Source: Vicugna vicugna
Taxonomy: Eukaryota
NCBI GenBank assembly: GCA_013265495.1
Contig: MU058384.1
Span: 6,134,792 to 6,198,791 of the forward strand
Length of the DNA stretch: 64,000 nucleotides
Direction of reading: 5' to 3'
Notes under the pieces: generated by a model
Told to the model about the DNA's origin: nothing
What the model saw: the letters and a program-made list of their open reading frames with translations, nothing else
Databases searched by the model: none
Program-made: the position numbers and the translations under genes
Shown here: one piece after another, positions 40,542 through 53,980 of the stretch
Layout: each line of letters opens with the position of its first letter
Position numbering within the stretch: the stretch's first letter is position 1

Positions 40542-41090
40542 TGAGATAGCCAGCCTCCAACATGGCCCCCCAGTGACCCCAGTTCCTAGTGTGTACACCC
40601 CATATAGTCCTCTTCCCCACTGTCTCCTGGTTGAACTGTGTGATTAATAGCACACGGCAAAAGTCTGCCACTTCTGAGATTAGGTATAAAATACTGCAAC
40701 TTCTATTTAGGGCACTTTCTTCTAGTTCACCCTTCCTCTTGATTCTCTCACCCTGAGGCAAGTAAGCTGCCATTATGTGACTAGTCTTATGGTGAGGTCC
40801 ACGTGGCAAGGAACTGAAGCCTGCAACCAAGAACCGGGGAAGAACTGATTCTTGCCAACCATGATTTAAGTAAGTGTGAAAGAAGCTTGACCAGCCAACT
40901 GAGCTTTGAAATGACTGGAGTCCTCGTTGACAGCTTGATTGTAATCTCATGAGACCCTGAGCCAGAACCACCCAGCTAAGCTGCTCATAGGTTACTGACC
41001 ATCAGACACTATATGAGGTAATAAATACTTGATGATTTAAGCTGCTAAAGTTGGGGGAAATTTGTTACACAGCAATGGCTAACTAATACA
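40542..41090 (+). mobile_element. MaLR LTR (MLT1F-like)
   Basis: ggtccacgtggcaaggaactga...gagaccctgagccagaaccacccagctaagctgc...tttgttacacagcaatggctaactaataca. Confidence 0.88.
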
Positions 41091-42224
41091 TGGGGTAGAC
41101 AAATAAGTCTTTCTCCATCAGCTTTTCTAATATTGTTGAGTGGAGAAAACTTAGTCTCAAAAATCATACTATTCAACCTACTGCCTGCTTCAGCTCACAT
41201 AGTGATAGATAAAGCCCTTGTCTCAGGCTAGAGCACTAGTGTCCAAACTTGCTTCTAGTATATCAAATACTAACAGAAAACAGACTGGTAACTCTCTTTT
41301 TCACAATTAGCAATTGTGGCGCAAACATTCCCTCGTAAGCCCTTCACTCGTCCCAAGGCTCTGACGGGTGGTTATTTATAGCCAATTCTGAGTTATTACT
41401 GCATAACATCCCCACATGCAGTTTGCACAGTATTTACTGAGCAGCTTTTAATGATGAATAGAGTGAGAAACACCAGGCAAAGAATATGGTAATAACAGTA
41501 CATAAATTTTATTTTCATTTAGCATGAAAACACCTGATTTCCTTCAACATTGTAAACATGTCACGTTATTAGGCAGTGAAAGTCTGATGAATTTAGACAT
41601 TTACTTAGACATTGCTTTGAATGGAAAAGTTACTTTAATTCCACTTGCCTCCATTGTTCCAGATCACATTATTTTTATTTGTTTTATTTCACTGTGGTTT
41701 GTTTTAATTAAAAAAAAAATCCCAAGAAGAGAAAGCAACTGGAAAGTCTTCTTAGGATGGGATTGGTTATTTTAAAGACATTTCTCTTCTTATCCTCCTG
41801 AGAACAGAGACAGCCTCAAGATAGAACACTTTATGGTTAGAGTTGGCAAATACCTCATGTTTAATAGTTAATAAATATGATTAAAGTTAAATGTTTAGAA
41901 AGAAACTCTACTAGACCATTTCTTAAGACAAAACACAAAAAATGCACTAATTAATTATGTACAATTTGGTCATTAAAGAAGGAAATTTCAGGCTAGGAAG
42001 GCGACTTATTCCTAGACATAATGTTAAAGAAGTTAATTAACTACAAGGTTAAACTATAGCCCTATCAAAAGATGAACAGATGTCTCAGCAGCAGTCTTAC
42101 TATTGTCAAGCTCATGAGTTGTTTCATTACGTGATGTGTTCTCCAGCTCTAAGTTTCTGTCAGTTGTTGTAACAGAAACTCTTACTTTTAAGGTATATCA
42201 TTCAGTTGTTACAAGATTCTGCCA

Positions 42225-42980
42225 TCCTACACTGTTGGTGGGGATGTAATTTGGTGCAGCCACTATGGAAAACAGTATGGCTTCCTTTAAAAACTAAAAA
42301 TAGACTTACATATGATCCAGCAATCCCATTCCTGGGCATATATACGGAGGAAACTCTTAATTCGAAAAGATACATGCAACTCAGTGTTCATAGTAGCACT
42401 ATTTACAATAGCCAAGACATAGAAGTAACCTAAGTGTCCATAAACAGATGAATGGATAAAGAAGATGTGGTATAGATACACAATTGAATACTACTCAGCC
42501 ATAAAAAAGAATGAAACAATGCCATTTGCAGCAATATGAATGAACCTAGAGATTATCATACAAAGTGAAATCCGAGAAAGACAAACATCAGATGCTATCA
42601 CTTACATGTGGAATCTAAAAAAAAAAAAGACACAAATGAGCTTATTTACAAAACAGAAACAGACTCACAGACATAGAGAACAGACTTGTGGTTGCCAGAG
42701 AGGGAAGAGGGGAGGGATAAATTAGGAGTTTGGGCTTAGCAGATACAAACTACTATATATAAAATAGATAAACAATAAGGTCCTACTGTATAGCACAGGG
42801 AACTATATTCAATAGCTTGTAATCTATAATGAAAAACAATATGAAAAAGAATGTATGTATGTATACAGGCATAGCTGAATTACTGTGTAGCTGCTGCACA
42901 CCAGAAACTAACACATTGTAAAGCACACCAGAAACTAACACATTGTAAATCAACTACACTTCAGTTGAAGAAAAAAAAAA
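42225..42980 (+). mobile_element. Cetartiodactyl/camelid L1 3' end
   Basis: cctacactgttggtgggatgtaatttggtgcagccactatggaaaacagtatgg...tcaactacacttcag plus A tail. Confidence 0.92.
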
Positions 42981-43660
42981 TGGTTCTGGGTGAGCTACAA
43001 ACAAAGTAAATATGTTCTCAGAGTCACTGCCAGCGTGAGTGTTTAGGGTTACATGAGAACTAGGAAAAAAGAGAAAACCTACACAGTCCTAACTACCGCA
43101 CTGGTTCTGATCATGCAGAATGTTGGGGACTTGGTGTGACTCAGCAGTGCCCCTTTTACTGAATACATTGCATGCCTATTGGTCGGACTGCCATGAGTCA
43201 GGGTGAGAGGTAGAAAACTTTTCCAGAGAAAGGAAAAATTAAAGCATGGTCATCACAGAATTTGGCCTCCAGTTGGCTAATTTCGCTCTAAACTGCACCT
43301 CACAGATGATCAGGTGATGTGGTCGTGGGGTTGGGGGCGGGGGAAGAGAGAGGGAGGTAGATGGAACCCTGAGATTCTGGGCCTACAGATACGTGTTCTC
43401 AGGATGTGCCACCAATTTACAGGGAGCCATCAGGTGAGGTGTCTGAATTTACCCAGGGATCTGTAATATAAAGAGAAAATATTAGAAAGCAACCATTTTA
43501 AACTATTGCAGGATATTTTAGGCCCCTTTCTTTAAAATAAGCAGTTCCCTCCCTTTTATCTTCCTGCTGATCCCATGTTTCCTGGCCAGAGTGTCACTGG
43601 AAAAAGCAGATCCCAGAGAATCAGGAGTCCCAGACCACTTCATATACTTTGACCAATTCT

Positions 43661-43776
43661 TTCTTTTTTTAATTGAATTATAGTCAGTTTCCAATGTTGT
43701 GTCAATTTCTGGTGTACAGCACAATTCTTCACTCATACATGGATATACATGTATTCATTTTCATGTTCTTTTTACC
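43661..43776 (-). mobile_element. Very short L1 3' tail insertion
   Basis: Poly(T) then aattgaattatagtcagtttccaatgttgtgtcaatttctggtgtacagc. Perfect 12-bp TSD ttgaccaattct at 43649-43660 and 43777-43788. Confidence 0.88.
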
Positions 43777-44369
43777 TTGACCAATTCTAATGTCCGTTAT
43801 GCTCCTAGACATTGATGAGAGCGCATGCTTTGGGCTGTTTGCTCCAGGAATCACCACTGCCAGTTGGTTACTAGCGCACACTCTTTTGACAAGTTTAAGG
43901 GGAAAAAGGACATGAAAGGAAGGAAAAAGCAAGAAAAGGAAAGAAGAGGTTTTGGCATATGGAACTAAAAAAACCCAGGTGTGGTTGTTGAGAAGTTCTG
44001 GCTCCTGACATGCTGATATCAAATGCTCCAGCATCACTGACTCCATCTCAGCTCAAGCCTGGGTTTCATATTCAGGTTCTCTCTCAGCGTGGCAGGAAGG
44101 ATGGTACAGGGGTTTTAGGCTGACAGAGTCACCAGAGCTTCTGATCCCAGAAGGACAGTGCATCTCTCACAACAGATTTGGAGAAAAGTCTTGAGGTGAA
44201 TCTCCATGGGCCAAGCTTGAGACCTATACCCTTCTTTAGGCAAATAAATTATTGTTGCAAATAGGATGGAATATGCTGATTGGTTAGGGCTGAGCCATAT
44301 GCCCAGAGGTAAGATGGTTCCCTAAAAAGGGGGGACACCGAGTACACAAAAAAGTTCCTGTTTACTATA

Positions 44370-45310
44370 GAAAAGACAATCCAAGGAGGGGCAGAAAATA
44401 TTTGCAAATCATATATCTGATAAAAAGTTCATCTCCAGAATATATAAAGAGCTCCTACAATTTAACAGCAAAAACCAAACAACCCAATTAAAAAACGACC
44501 AAATGATGGAATAGACATTTCTCCAAAGATATACAAGTGGCCAATAAGCACATAAAATGATGTTCTAAATCATTAATCATTAAGAAAATGCAAATCAAAA
44601 CCACAATGAGACCACCACACAAAGAATGGCTACGGTAGCAAAACACAGAAATAACAATGATAAGGATGTGGAGAAACTGGAATCCTTGTGCGTTATTAGT
44701 GGAATGTAAAATTATCTTGTTGCTATGGGAAAAAAAAGTGTGGTGGTTCTTCAAAAATTTAAAACTAGAATTAAGATATGATTCAGCAATTTCACTTCTG
44801 GGTGTATGCCCAAAATAATTGAAAGCAGGGACTCAGAGGTATTTGTACACCCATGTTTGTAGCACCATTATCTGCAATAGCTCAGTGGTGGAAGCAACCC
44901 AAGTGTTCATCATAAACAAATAACAAAATGTGATATATACATACAAGGAATATCATTCAATCTTAAAAAGGAAGGAATTCTGACATACACTATGACAAGG
45001 ATGAACCTTGGGGACATTATGCTAAGTGAAGTAAACCAGTCACAAAAGGATGAATCCTGTATGACTGTGCTTATTTGAGGTATGTAAAGTTATCAAATTC
45101 CAGGGGCTGGAGAGAGGGAAATGCGTGTTATTGTCCAATGGGTGCAGAATTCCAGTTTTGCAAGATATAGAGTTCTATGGATGGTTGGATGGTTGGTGAT
45201 GGTAGCACAACAATGTGAATGTACTTAATACCACTGAATGTACTTAATAGCACTGTACACTTAAAAATGGTTAAGATGGTCAATTTCCTGTGTATTTTAC
45301 CACAATTTTT
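44370..45310 (+). mobile_element. L1MB-like 3' end
   Basis: aaaatatttgcaaatcatatatctgataa...aaaatgcaaatcaaaaccacaatgaga...cacttaaaaatggttaagatggtcaattt. Confidence 0.9.
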
Positions 45311-45974
45311 TAGAAAGTCATGCCCACTACCGAGTTTTAGAAAAGATACGAAGTTGGCCAAGCTGTTTCTAAAAAATGTTTCTCCACTTACCCTTTGGGG
45401 ACCCTCTTCTGAACATCTTCCAACCAGACACTTCTGAAAGCATGCCAGTTCCTCAGTGCTCCACCTTGATTTGCCTCCCCTTATACTAGGTGGCTCTAGA
45501 AACTTCCTAATGCCCCACTCTGGTCAGAAGCCTGTCCAGAGCCTCTCTCAGGGCCATGCTTCAGGTCAGGGAGACTCGAAATTGTACCAAAATCTGTCGA
45601 TGTATGTGTTACATCCAGGAAAAGCATTTTAAAAAGGAGACATCAGAAAATGTGTTTTTAATTAAATGTAAATTAATTTGGCAGCTTTCATTGGATAGTT
45701 ATCTTTTAGGTTTCCATATAAAACCAGATATAATTGTGATCGCTAAGTCAAATTATTAGCTAATAGCCCTTTTACATTTACCTGCAAAAGTAACATTTTT
45801 ACTGCACAAAGGCCATTTGCCACATAGGCAACATAGGATGGTACGGTGATGGCAATTATGCCCACGCAAAGATGAAAGAGTTAGCTCCATTGCTTGCGTC
45901 TCACATGCTGTCGATTTTCCTCAGGTCATAACTCTACAAGTTCTGAGCAACTCAACTGCAATAGAAGGACAGCC

Positions 45975-46190
45975 AGATACAGTGCAAAGAGCATAGGGTT
46001 ATGCAGTCTGGTGGTCCACCTGACAGACTTCCAATCCAACACTGCCTGTGCTACCCACCAGTCATGTGACCTTGGGAGGTCCCTTAAACTATACCATAGG
46101 ACTAACAATACCAACTCTCAAGGATGTGATAATGAGGTAACACATGGTAAGCTCCTGGTTCATTGTATGCCTCCAAATGTTAAGTTTCCT
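45975..46190 (+). mobile_element. MIR fragment
   Basis: ccagtcatgtgaccttgggaggtcccttaaact. Confidence 0.5.
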
Positions 46191-49099
46191 TCCTCCTCCT
46201 CCTCTGGGATGCTCCCTTGGAGATGACTCCAAAGCTACCGATTAACTCAAAGCAAGACCCCTGCTCCTGCTCGGTCCCACTGCTCACCTTGCTTCAGTGG
46301 TACTGTCTCCACCTCGCCGACACTGCTGAGGTCAGATGAGTAAAACTCCAACAATAACAAAGGCTTTACACAGAGAGAGGTGCATGAATAAATATCCATC
46401 TGTGCTCTTCACAGACAGAGGAAAATGATCCCTTTTCTGTTCTTTGAAACCAAGTCTTGAGCTAAGCGTGGTAACAGTGCATATTGCCCAAAGTGGTAAT
46501 AGTCTGGCGTAGATTTTGCTTAGAAAGTGGGTCTTCAAAATTTGGAAAATGCACTTATTTGTAAAACTCTAAGTGCAACTTAAAAAAAATGATGTGTTAC
46601 ATCACTTTTTTTTTTAGTGTCTCCCCCACCTCACCCCCTGCTGTTCCCATAACTGATGTAGAAGTAATTTCATGAGCTAACTAGGATGGTTTTACAGGTG
46701 TGTGTTTGGCATTAATTTTAATTTCTGTTCACATACAAGTTATTACTGCTCACTCTCATGAAATAGTTTATTCCACCATAATATATACCTTAATGAAAGC
46801 CATATTTTTGGGTAATACATGAATCTGTCTAAGAATAAGTGATTAAATCGTCTGTCATCCTGTTATAGAGCTTTCTTTAATAGCTTTTTGTTGTTTTGCA
46901 AATAAATTAGAAATGCCATGTTGTTTCCACCAGACATAAGCTGGCGATGACTTGTACAAAAATCACTGACAAAAAGTTCAGAGGCATTTGAATGTCTTCT
47001 GGGTTGTAAATACGAGGTTTATCTTTACTAGAAACTGGGGTGAAGCAGGAGATGCGAAGCAGCATGTTCAATTAACTGGTCACCCTGATAATTTTCCTTG
47101 GTGCGTGTGATGCACACACATTCTACATTACTGCCATCTTTCGTAGCTTTCACTCGTGTTGTCTCAAGGTTGCACAAATGGTAAATTCTTCCTAAATGAC
47201 TGATTTGATTAGATTAAATTATTTAGGATTTTCTGAACTGCTTTCTGAGTGAGTTACAACGAGGCAAGGTGTCTAACAACCCGCCAGGAAATTGCTGCAA
47301 ATTCAAGCTTCACAATGAACAATTCTTCCAAGTGAACACTTTCAAACACTGGGCTCAGTATCTTCCATCAAGAACAAGAACCACCAACAGCAATACAAAC
47401 AACAACCAGAATCTTTTTCCCTTCATCGTGTTTCCGATCTCTAGGAACTGCAGGACATCTACCAAATTTCCCAAACCAGGCACTTTGACGTCAGGCTGGA
47501 TTTACCTGAGAATCATTAAATCCTTTTTATTACCATCTTACTCTCTTTGATAGGTCTGTCCATATTCATGGCCATCGCCTTACTCAGGAGTCTATGAATA
47601 ACACTCTGGGATCTTCTTTAGATCCCGCACCTCCAATGAGCGGCCAGAGAAACTATCAACTGCTCATCTGGACCCAGAAATCTTGTTTAGGAACCTTTCA
47701 TTTAATACCTACTGATCCAGGGTACAATCCAAATTCATTAGTGACATATTGAAAAACGTCATGATTTGGTCCTGGTTTATTTTCCAGTCTCATTTCTTAC
47801 TGTTTCCTCTCTTTGCCCTTCCCTGACCACCTCATTCTACTTTTCTTTTACCTACACTCGCGTATAGATTTTCCACTTTGAATGCTTCTTACCCATTCCC
47901 CTGGCCTTCATCACTTTGCCTTCGGAGTTTCAGTTTGGGAATCATTTTCTCCACGAATCTTCCCTTTGTGGGCTGGTCGGCTGCCTCTGCAAGTTATTCC
48001 CCACACGCCCCCGTGCTTAGTCCACTTCAGTCTTCCCAGCCTCCCCCACCGAGCTGAGGGCCAGCCGTGCGATGAGTTCAGGGTCAGCCCTACCAGCTGT
48101 GGTTCTGTCGAGACCGACTTACTTACTGGTTCTTCCACCTCCTCCAATACACACTCTCCTTCAGTTATTTTCATGGAGGTCTCCCCAGAGAACAAGACTG
48201 ACAGCATCCATGCAGCCACCGGGCACTAAAGTCTAAGATTTTACGACTACAGAGTCAGTGCCCCATAGGCCCCCATCAAAAATAGTTCATGGGGAGGGAA
48301 AATGATCATCTGGCTTGTACAGAATCAGTCTGCTTTGTCAGAGATTCCTTAGCAGATTATGTCCGCACATTTTTCAAACTGAGCTAACACAGTCCTGAAC
48401 GGTCCTCGGGCTGAGGGACAGGCATTAAAGTCAGAGCTTAGGACAGTTTTGCTCTGTGAGAGCATCTTTCTTGGCCACAGTTTATCTCCAGAATTGACTT
48501 TGGCCTGGTCAGATTTGAGAGGGCTTTGAGGAGCGACCTGTGAATGAGAAATCCAATCCACTACATCCAATAATCGATTTAAAAAAAAACAAAACAAACC
48601 ATGCACAGATGTTAAACAATGGTTATCCTTTGCTACCTAAGGAACATCATACACTTCTCTTTCTTTCTTTCTTTTTTTCTTCTGGGATCCAGACTCATGA
48701 ACCACAGAGTTTAAACAGAGATCTGATTTTTAGATGTTTTGTGGCCTTAGGAAATTTAAATAAGCTAAATCTGATGTTGCATATTATTATTTTTTAAATA
48801 AGAGTAAAAGGAAGAAGCAATCATTGATTCATTATGAACTCCCTGCCCCCCAAGTAGATCACCCTCAGCTCATGTATAACTTTTTCCCAATACATCTTTG
48901 CTTACAGCCATCCTTGCTCTTTATTTTTATGAATTATCAGGCCAGCAAACACTCCATGTAAGTTGTAAAAATTTACATTGGTCCCATCTAAACTTACCTG
49001 TATGTTCTCTTTTTCTTTTTTATTTTTTAAATCTAGCTTTACCATTTAAAATTTCTTTTATTCCAAATCATGATCATATAAATGTTTTCCAATGGTTTA

Positions 49100-49340
49100 T
49101 GCATTCATTCAACAAACGTTTCTGAGTACCTACTATACGCCAGACACTTTCTTAGATACTGGTCATACAGAAGCGAGCTAAACAAAACCAAAACTCTCTG
49201 CCTTCACAGAACATACATTCTAGTGGGTGAGACATCTAGTGCAAAATATAAATAAAGTACGTGTCACGCTGGGTAATTGTTAAGTCTAAGGATTAAGTAC
49301 TATTAAACAGTAAAGCAAGGAAATAAGGGAAGTGTTGGGT
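49100..49340 (-). mobile_element. LINE-2 3' end
   Basis: cattcattcaacaaacgtttctgagtacctactatacgccagacact...ctctgccttcacagaacatacattctagtggg. Confidence 0.8.
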
Positions 49341-49925
49341 GAGCATGTGCAATTTTAGAGACGGGGACCTATTCATTGATTTGGAGGCTAACGTTTTAAA
49401 AAGTTGAGAATGAGGTTGGTCTGAAATTTCCCTCTGGTTTGCATCTGAACAACAGATCTGCAAATAAATCAATACCATACACAAGATAATAAGGGAGCTG
49501 TGATTTAATGGATTTATGTTTCAGAAAAACACTCCTTTTATCACCTTTGGAAGCTACTTATAAACCATGTCCCATATTCATCGAAAAGAAACTTGCTTTA
49601 AATATTCCAAATGGTATCATTTTATCCCTAATGAAGTGTGACTACATGACACATGACATTTAAATGTAACTACCTATATGTAAAAAACTATGTTAACTCA
49701 CATCTTTTCAGTACACCTGCCCACTTTCAGTCTTAATTTGTGACATTTTACTGTGTGGCATCTCAGCTTGCCTTAAGTGGAAATTGTGTGATTTAGGCAC
49801 AAACCAGAGGAGGTAAGAGACGGCACGAACCTAACCACCAACTTCACGTTATTTAGAACTGAGTCAAATACAACAGAAACTCTACAACATGGAGGGTGAA
49901 GAAAATGAAAACATTTCCAAAGGTA

Positions 49926-49931
49926 TTTATT
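49926..49931 (-). terminator. Distal polyadenylation signal of EYA4
   Basis: Minus-strand AATAAA with several upstream TGTA elements (49948-49983) and a downstream U/GU-rich tract (tgttttcattttcttc...tgttgtagagtttctgttg). Confidence 0.65.
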
Positions 49932-52368
49932 GAGAAGTAGTAAAGATGTACATATTTTTACAAGCTTTTAATATTAATTTACATTTTTTAAATTATGTAA
50001 GCCCCAATAATCTATATTTTACTAATACGTAATAGAAACCCTTGACTTTGTGAGGTTTCCATATTGCTACCATTACTGTGGTTGGGAGGCAAAATGCAAC
50101 TTTGGCTCAAGATGCTTGTTTGTTTTGAAAAGAAATACTAAATGCCATATTCACTGAGAATGTAGGCTTGTCATAAACAAATGTGCATTACAAACACCAA
50201 AAACCCTTCATACTGGAGCATTCTGTTGGTACTATTTTGAATCTTAGCTCACCAGAGACTGAGGAAAAAAACATTTTAAGGGAGTTATTATCTACTGTTT
50301 GTGCACAAACTGCATGATACTAATTTTTTTTTTGATCTGAATTTGATTTATAAATCTTTGCAGGGGAGAGTGACTTAATCTTGTCTGTTACACTCCTGTA
50401 GCCAGGCCACCTGTTCTTTGGAGGTAACACAAGGTGGCTGGTTACCTGCCCTGGTGATGTACCAAGTTTGTACACATAGGAGCCCAAAACCCATTCTGGT
50501 GACAGAACACTTCTCAAATCGGTTTATAATAAGGCACAATATTCTGTATGTCAACAGCATGTGGGAATTGCCACAGGGGCTGGCTTTTGGTTTGTTGATT
50601 TATTTTTTTGTTTTTCAGATCAGAAAGGAAGAGGATCTTGGGTTCCTAAGCTGGGAAGGGAAGCTTTCTGGTCTGAAGTCGCATGACAAACTTGTGGGCC
50701 CAGTGGCCTGCACCACCGTTGTACCAGACAAGCTGTTCTCTGTCAACCTAGCATTTAGGTTTAATATTGGCAGCCTTTCGGAACACATAATCGGAGAAGA
50801 TGTCTGTGAGAAACAGCACTGGTGATGCCATCAGTGGCCCTTCTCTTCGCCCTGTGAAGGGGCGTTCCTTTCTGTATCTGCAGGTTTAGCAGCATAAACC
50901 TTGCTTGTTTGATATGAAAAATAATTTAAAATTTAGATGTAATGCCGCAATTCTCTCATTTAAAGAAACAACTGGCTAGAAAGTAAAGGAAATTTTGTCT
51001 TATTCACAGTAATAAATATTTAAGGTTTTAGTGCACAAAGTAGATTTGAGTATCGATAATCAATGCAGCTCTTTAATTTTGTCAACTATTATTTGCAAGC
51101 TAAAGGCCAGGAGAAATGGAAGATTTATTATTAGTATTATTATTACTATTATTAGTACTGTTAGTAGTATCCCAACCTTTTTTTGTCTGTAACATTACTT
51201 GGGGCAGAGGTAGCCAAAAGCTACAAAATTTAAAGAAGAAGTTTAAGGTCTATATGTGATGAAATCACAATCTTAAAATCTGTGAAATTGGTTCTCAGTC
51301 TCTTTCTGCCCAGTGTAAACATGGCCTTAGCATACAGTAAAGAAATACAGGTTTATAGCCTGGGAAATAAAATCACATTTCCATAATGAATGTTGTGATC
51401 AGTGTACAAAGCCCTAATCTTAGGGGAGCCACGGAAGCATGAGATTATGATTATCATGGACCAGACTCTGATTAGGGCCACTGCCTAGAAGCTGGACTCC
51501 AGGTTCCACAGTGTGACATTTTAAACACAGGACTGCAGGTGTAGACACCAGTAAAACATTCCTGGATCTTGAAAGTCTTAAATTTCCACAAGGGAAATCA
51601 TGTCATAGAAAATGACAGGAGAACCTGTATCGTGTTCTTAACATGGGCTACACACCAAGGAAAAAAAAAACAAAAACATGCAAACACAACGATGACAGGC
51701 TCTCCTTGCACTGAATGAAGTCCATTGTGCAGTAATGGTACAGGCAGAAACCAAGGTGTGCAGGTCTGTAATGGAGAGAAACTGGATTGATGTGTTAAGA
51801 CGGAGAACCAGATACTATTTCACTGTTGTGACTTTAGTTAACTAAGTGACTTTAGTTAATGCTGCCAAGATCCGACTCACTTGTTAATTTCTTTTATGAT
51901 CAGAGTCTAGGTAAAATTTTCATTGATTCACTTCTTTCCTTAGAAACCATCTGGGCATTCACCTTCCACTACTGATGACACTTCGTTTTTGCAATGGCAT
52001 TGGGAAGAAATGCACTTAGCTTTCTTTTAAGCCCTGTTCACTCAACATGGATTTAAAGCCATGTTCATGTATATTCTAAAAACATTTGGGTGATATTTGC
52101 TTATGATTTCCATCAGAATATTTTCCTCTACACAACTTACACGTATCAAAAAGTCAAACTCTAAACAGTGTAAGTCATCATGAATATGGCTCTTAGTTTT
52201 CTCCAGTAAAACGGTAGAAAGGTTACTCGAGACTTCAATATACATTTCACTTTCTAAGTAAAGGTCCCACAGTCTTTCCCAAACCTTCCGCTTATGGTTG
52301 GATGCACAAATAGTTGCCTCATACAATTATTGGAATTATGAAGAACCCAAATAAAACACAAGCTTTCC

Positions 52369-52374
52369 TTTATT
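52369..52374 (-). terminator. Proximal polyadenylation signal of EYA4
   Basis: Minus strand reads AATAAAggaaagcttgtgttttatttgggttcttc: canonical hexamer plus GU/U-rich downstream element, ~870 nt after the stop. Confidence 0.6.
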
Positions 52375-53241
52375 ATTGTTGTTTTCTTATCGCAACAAGT
52401 ACTTGGTTTCTCGCTGATGCATTATTAAGCTTTGATTACTTGAATTTTAAATTTGGTCATCTTAAGAATGATCACAATGGTTTTTGTCTTTCATTATCTA
52501 CAGAGATTTTTTTTTTAACCAAAGTTACATTGTAACACACAAACGCTGTCTTGTCTTTAAGGCACAACACATCAGTATGAACATTCTATTTGTCAAACTT
52601 AAAAAAGAGACATTATTAGATTCCCTTTTCCCCACCCGTGTCCCGCCCCAACAAATGAAAGAAAAATTGCATCCACTTTCAAAGTCAGCTACTAATAAAG
52701 TCACAGTAAATTATTTTCATCAATAATTTACACAAATTACAGGTCTAGATAGGACTGTCCTTACACAGTCTGAGTGCATTCCAATTCAGATTTTCTGGGC
52801 TAGGTAGGCTAAAGTCAGATTCAAACCTCAGGGCTGAGAAGATCTCCCATTTTGAGGAATGTTGTTAAACACCACCTTGTCAGACGGAGACTGTGTTGGT
52901 GTTTTGCCAGGGTAAGAGTTCTTTGCTAAAGCTGTTAATTCCAGTTAGAACGACTCATTCGGTGTGGACCAGCAATCTCCACAGACTTTTTTTTTAAACC
53001 ATTAAAGTGTTGTAAGTGTAAGACCATAGAGCTTCCTTTCTGTAGCACTAAAGTTTAATTCCGTTCAAGCAATCTGAATTCTTCATTCTGGAATTCTCAT
53101 TCCAAATATGATTTCATCCTTTAAGACAATTTGTATGTGTAAAGCCAGAGGCATTGAATCACACATAAAAATTCAGTGTACTTGAAATATAAAAAAAAAA
53201 AACAAAAACAAAAACAACGGATCTCCAGCTAGAGAACACAG

Positions 53242-53388
<147 letters not shown>

Positions 53389-53961
53389 TCAGTGAAGCAG
53401 CAGCACACACACGACGCGCAGTTCACCCAAGTTCAAGGGAGGGAGTTCACGGGAGGGACCATCTTATTTAAAGACTCGGTAGCATCAATGGGATATTGTC
53501 AAAGTAAAAGAGAAATAGATCTGAACTGTATTTGAATGGTAATGAAAGAAAATAATGAACTTTCTAAAGTAGTTAAAGATTTATTTTGGGAAAGTATCAT
53601 GACTAATATCGGCATCTGGGAAAGCAAGCTGAGCATCAAAATCATACGTGGCTGAAGGAAAGCATGTTTTAACCACTACATTACTCCTTAAGGTTTATCT
53701 CTCGGTTATAACTAAAATTAAAAAATGATAAACTTCCTAGATCCAAGGTTTTTGTCTATTTGAGAGGAAGAGGGTGAATTCCTTTCCACATGAAAAAGAA
53801 TCTGAAGCTGGACTATATAAGGTAGAAAAACATGTAGGGATGATCAAGTTTCTTGCTTGTCTGGGAGAAGTAATAACTGAAGCCAGCAACGTTGACCTGA
53901 TTCATTTCGTTGGTGTGGGACTGAGGGGAAGCGCTCCAGCACGCATGCTCAGTGAGGGAGA

Positions 53962-53980
53962 CAGCGCCCTCTGAAGGCAG
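53962..53980 (-). promoter_or_regulatory. Candidate CTCF site (reverse) in the last EYA4 intron
   Basis: Minus strand ctgCCTTCAGAGGGCGCtg, within a small CpG-retaining patch in AT-rich surroundings. Confidence 0.55.

Larger units (their letters stand above)
49905..53241 (-). other. EYA4: EYA4 3'UTR (long form, ~3.3 kb)
   Basis: AT-rich stretch with no recognisable interspersed repeats, running from the stop codon to a distal AATAAA. Repeats resume below ~49.3 kb. The end position is inferred. Confidence 0.7.

Noticed and set aside
40519..40971. 150-aa minus-strand ORF
   Set aside because: Antisense to an MLT1 LTR; chance open frame.
45216..45253. 19-bp tandem duplication tgaatgtacttaata(c/g)cac
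   Set aside because: Ordinary slippage inside an old L1 3'UTR.
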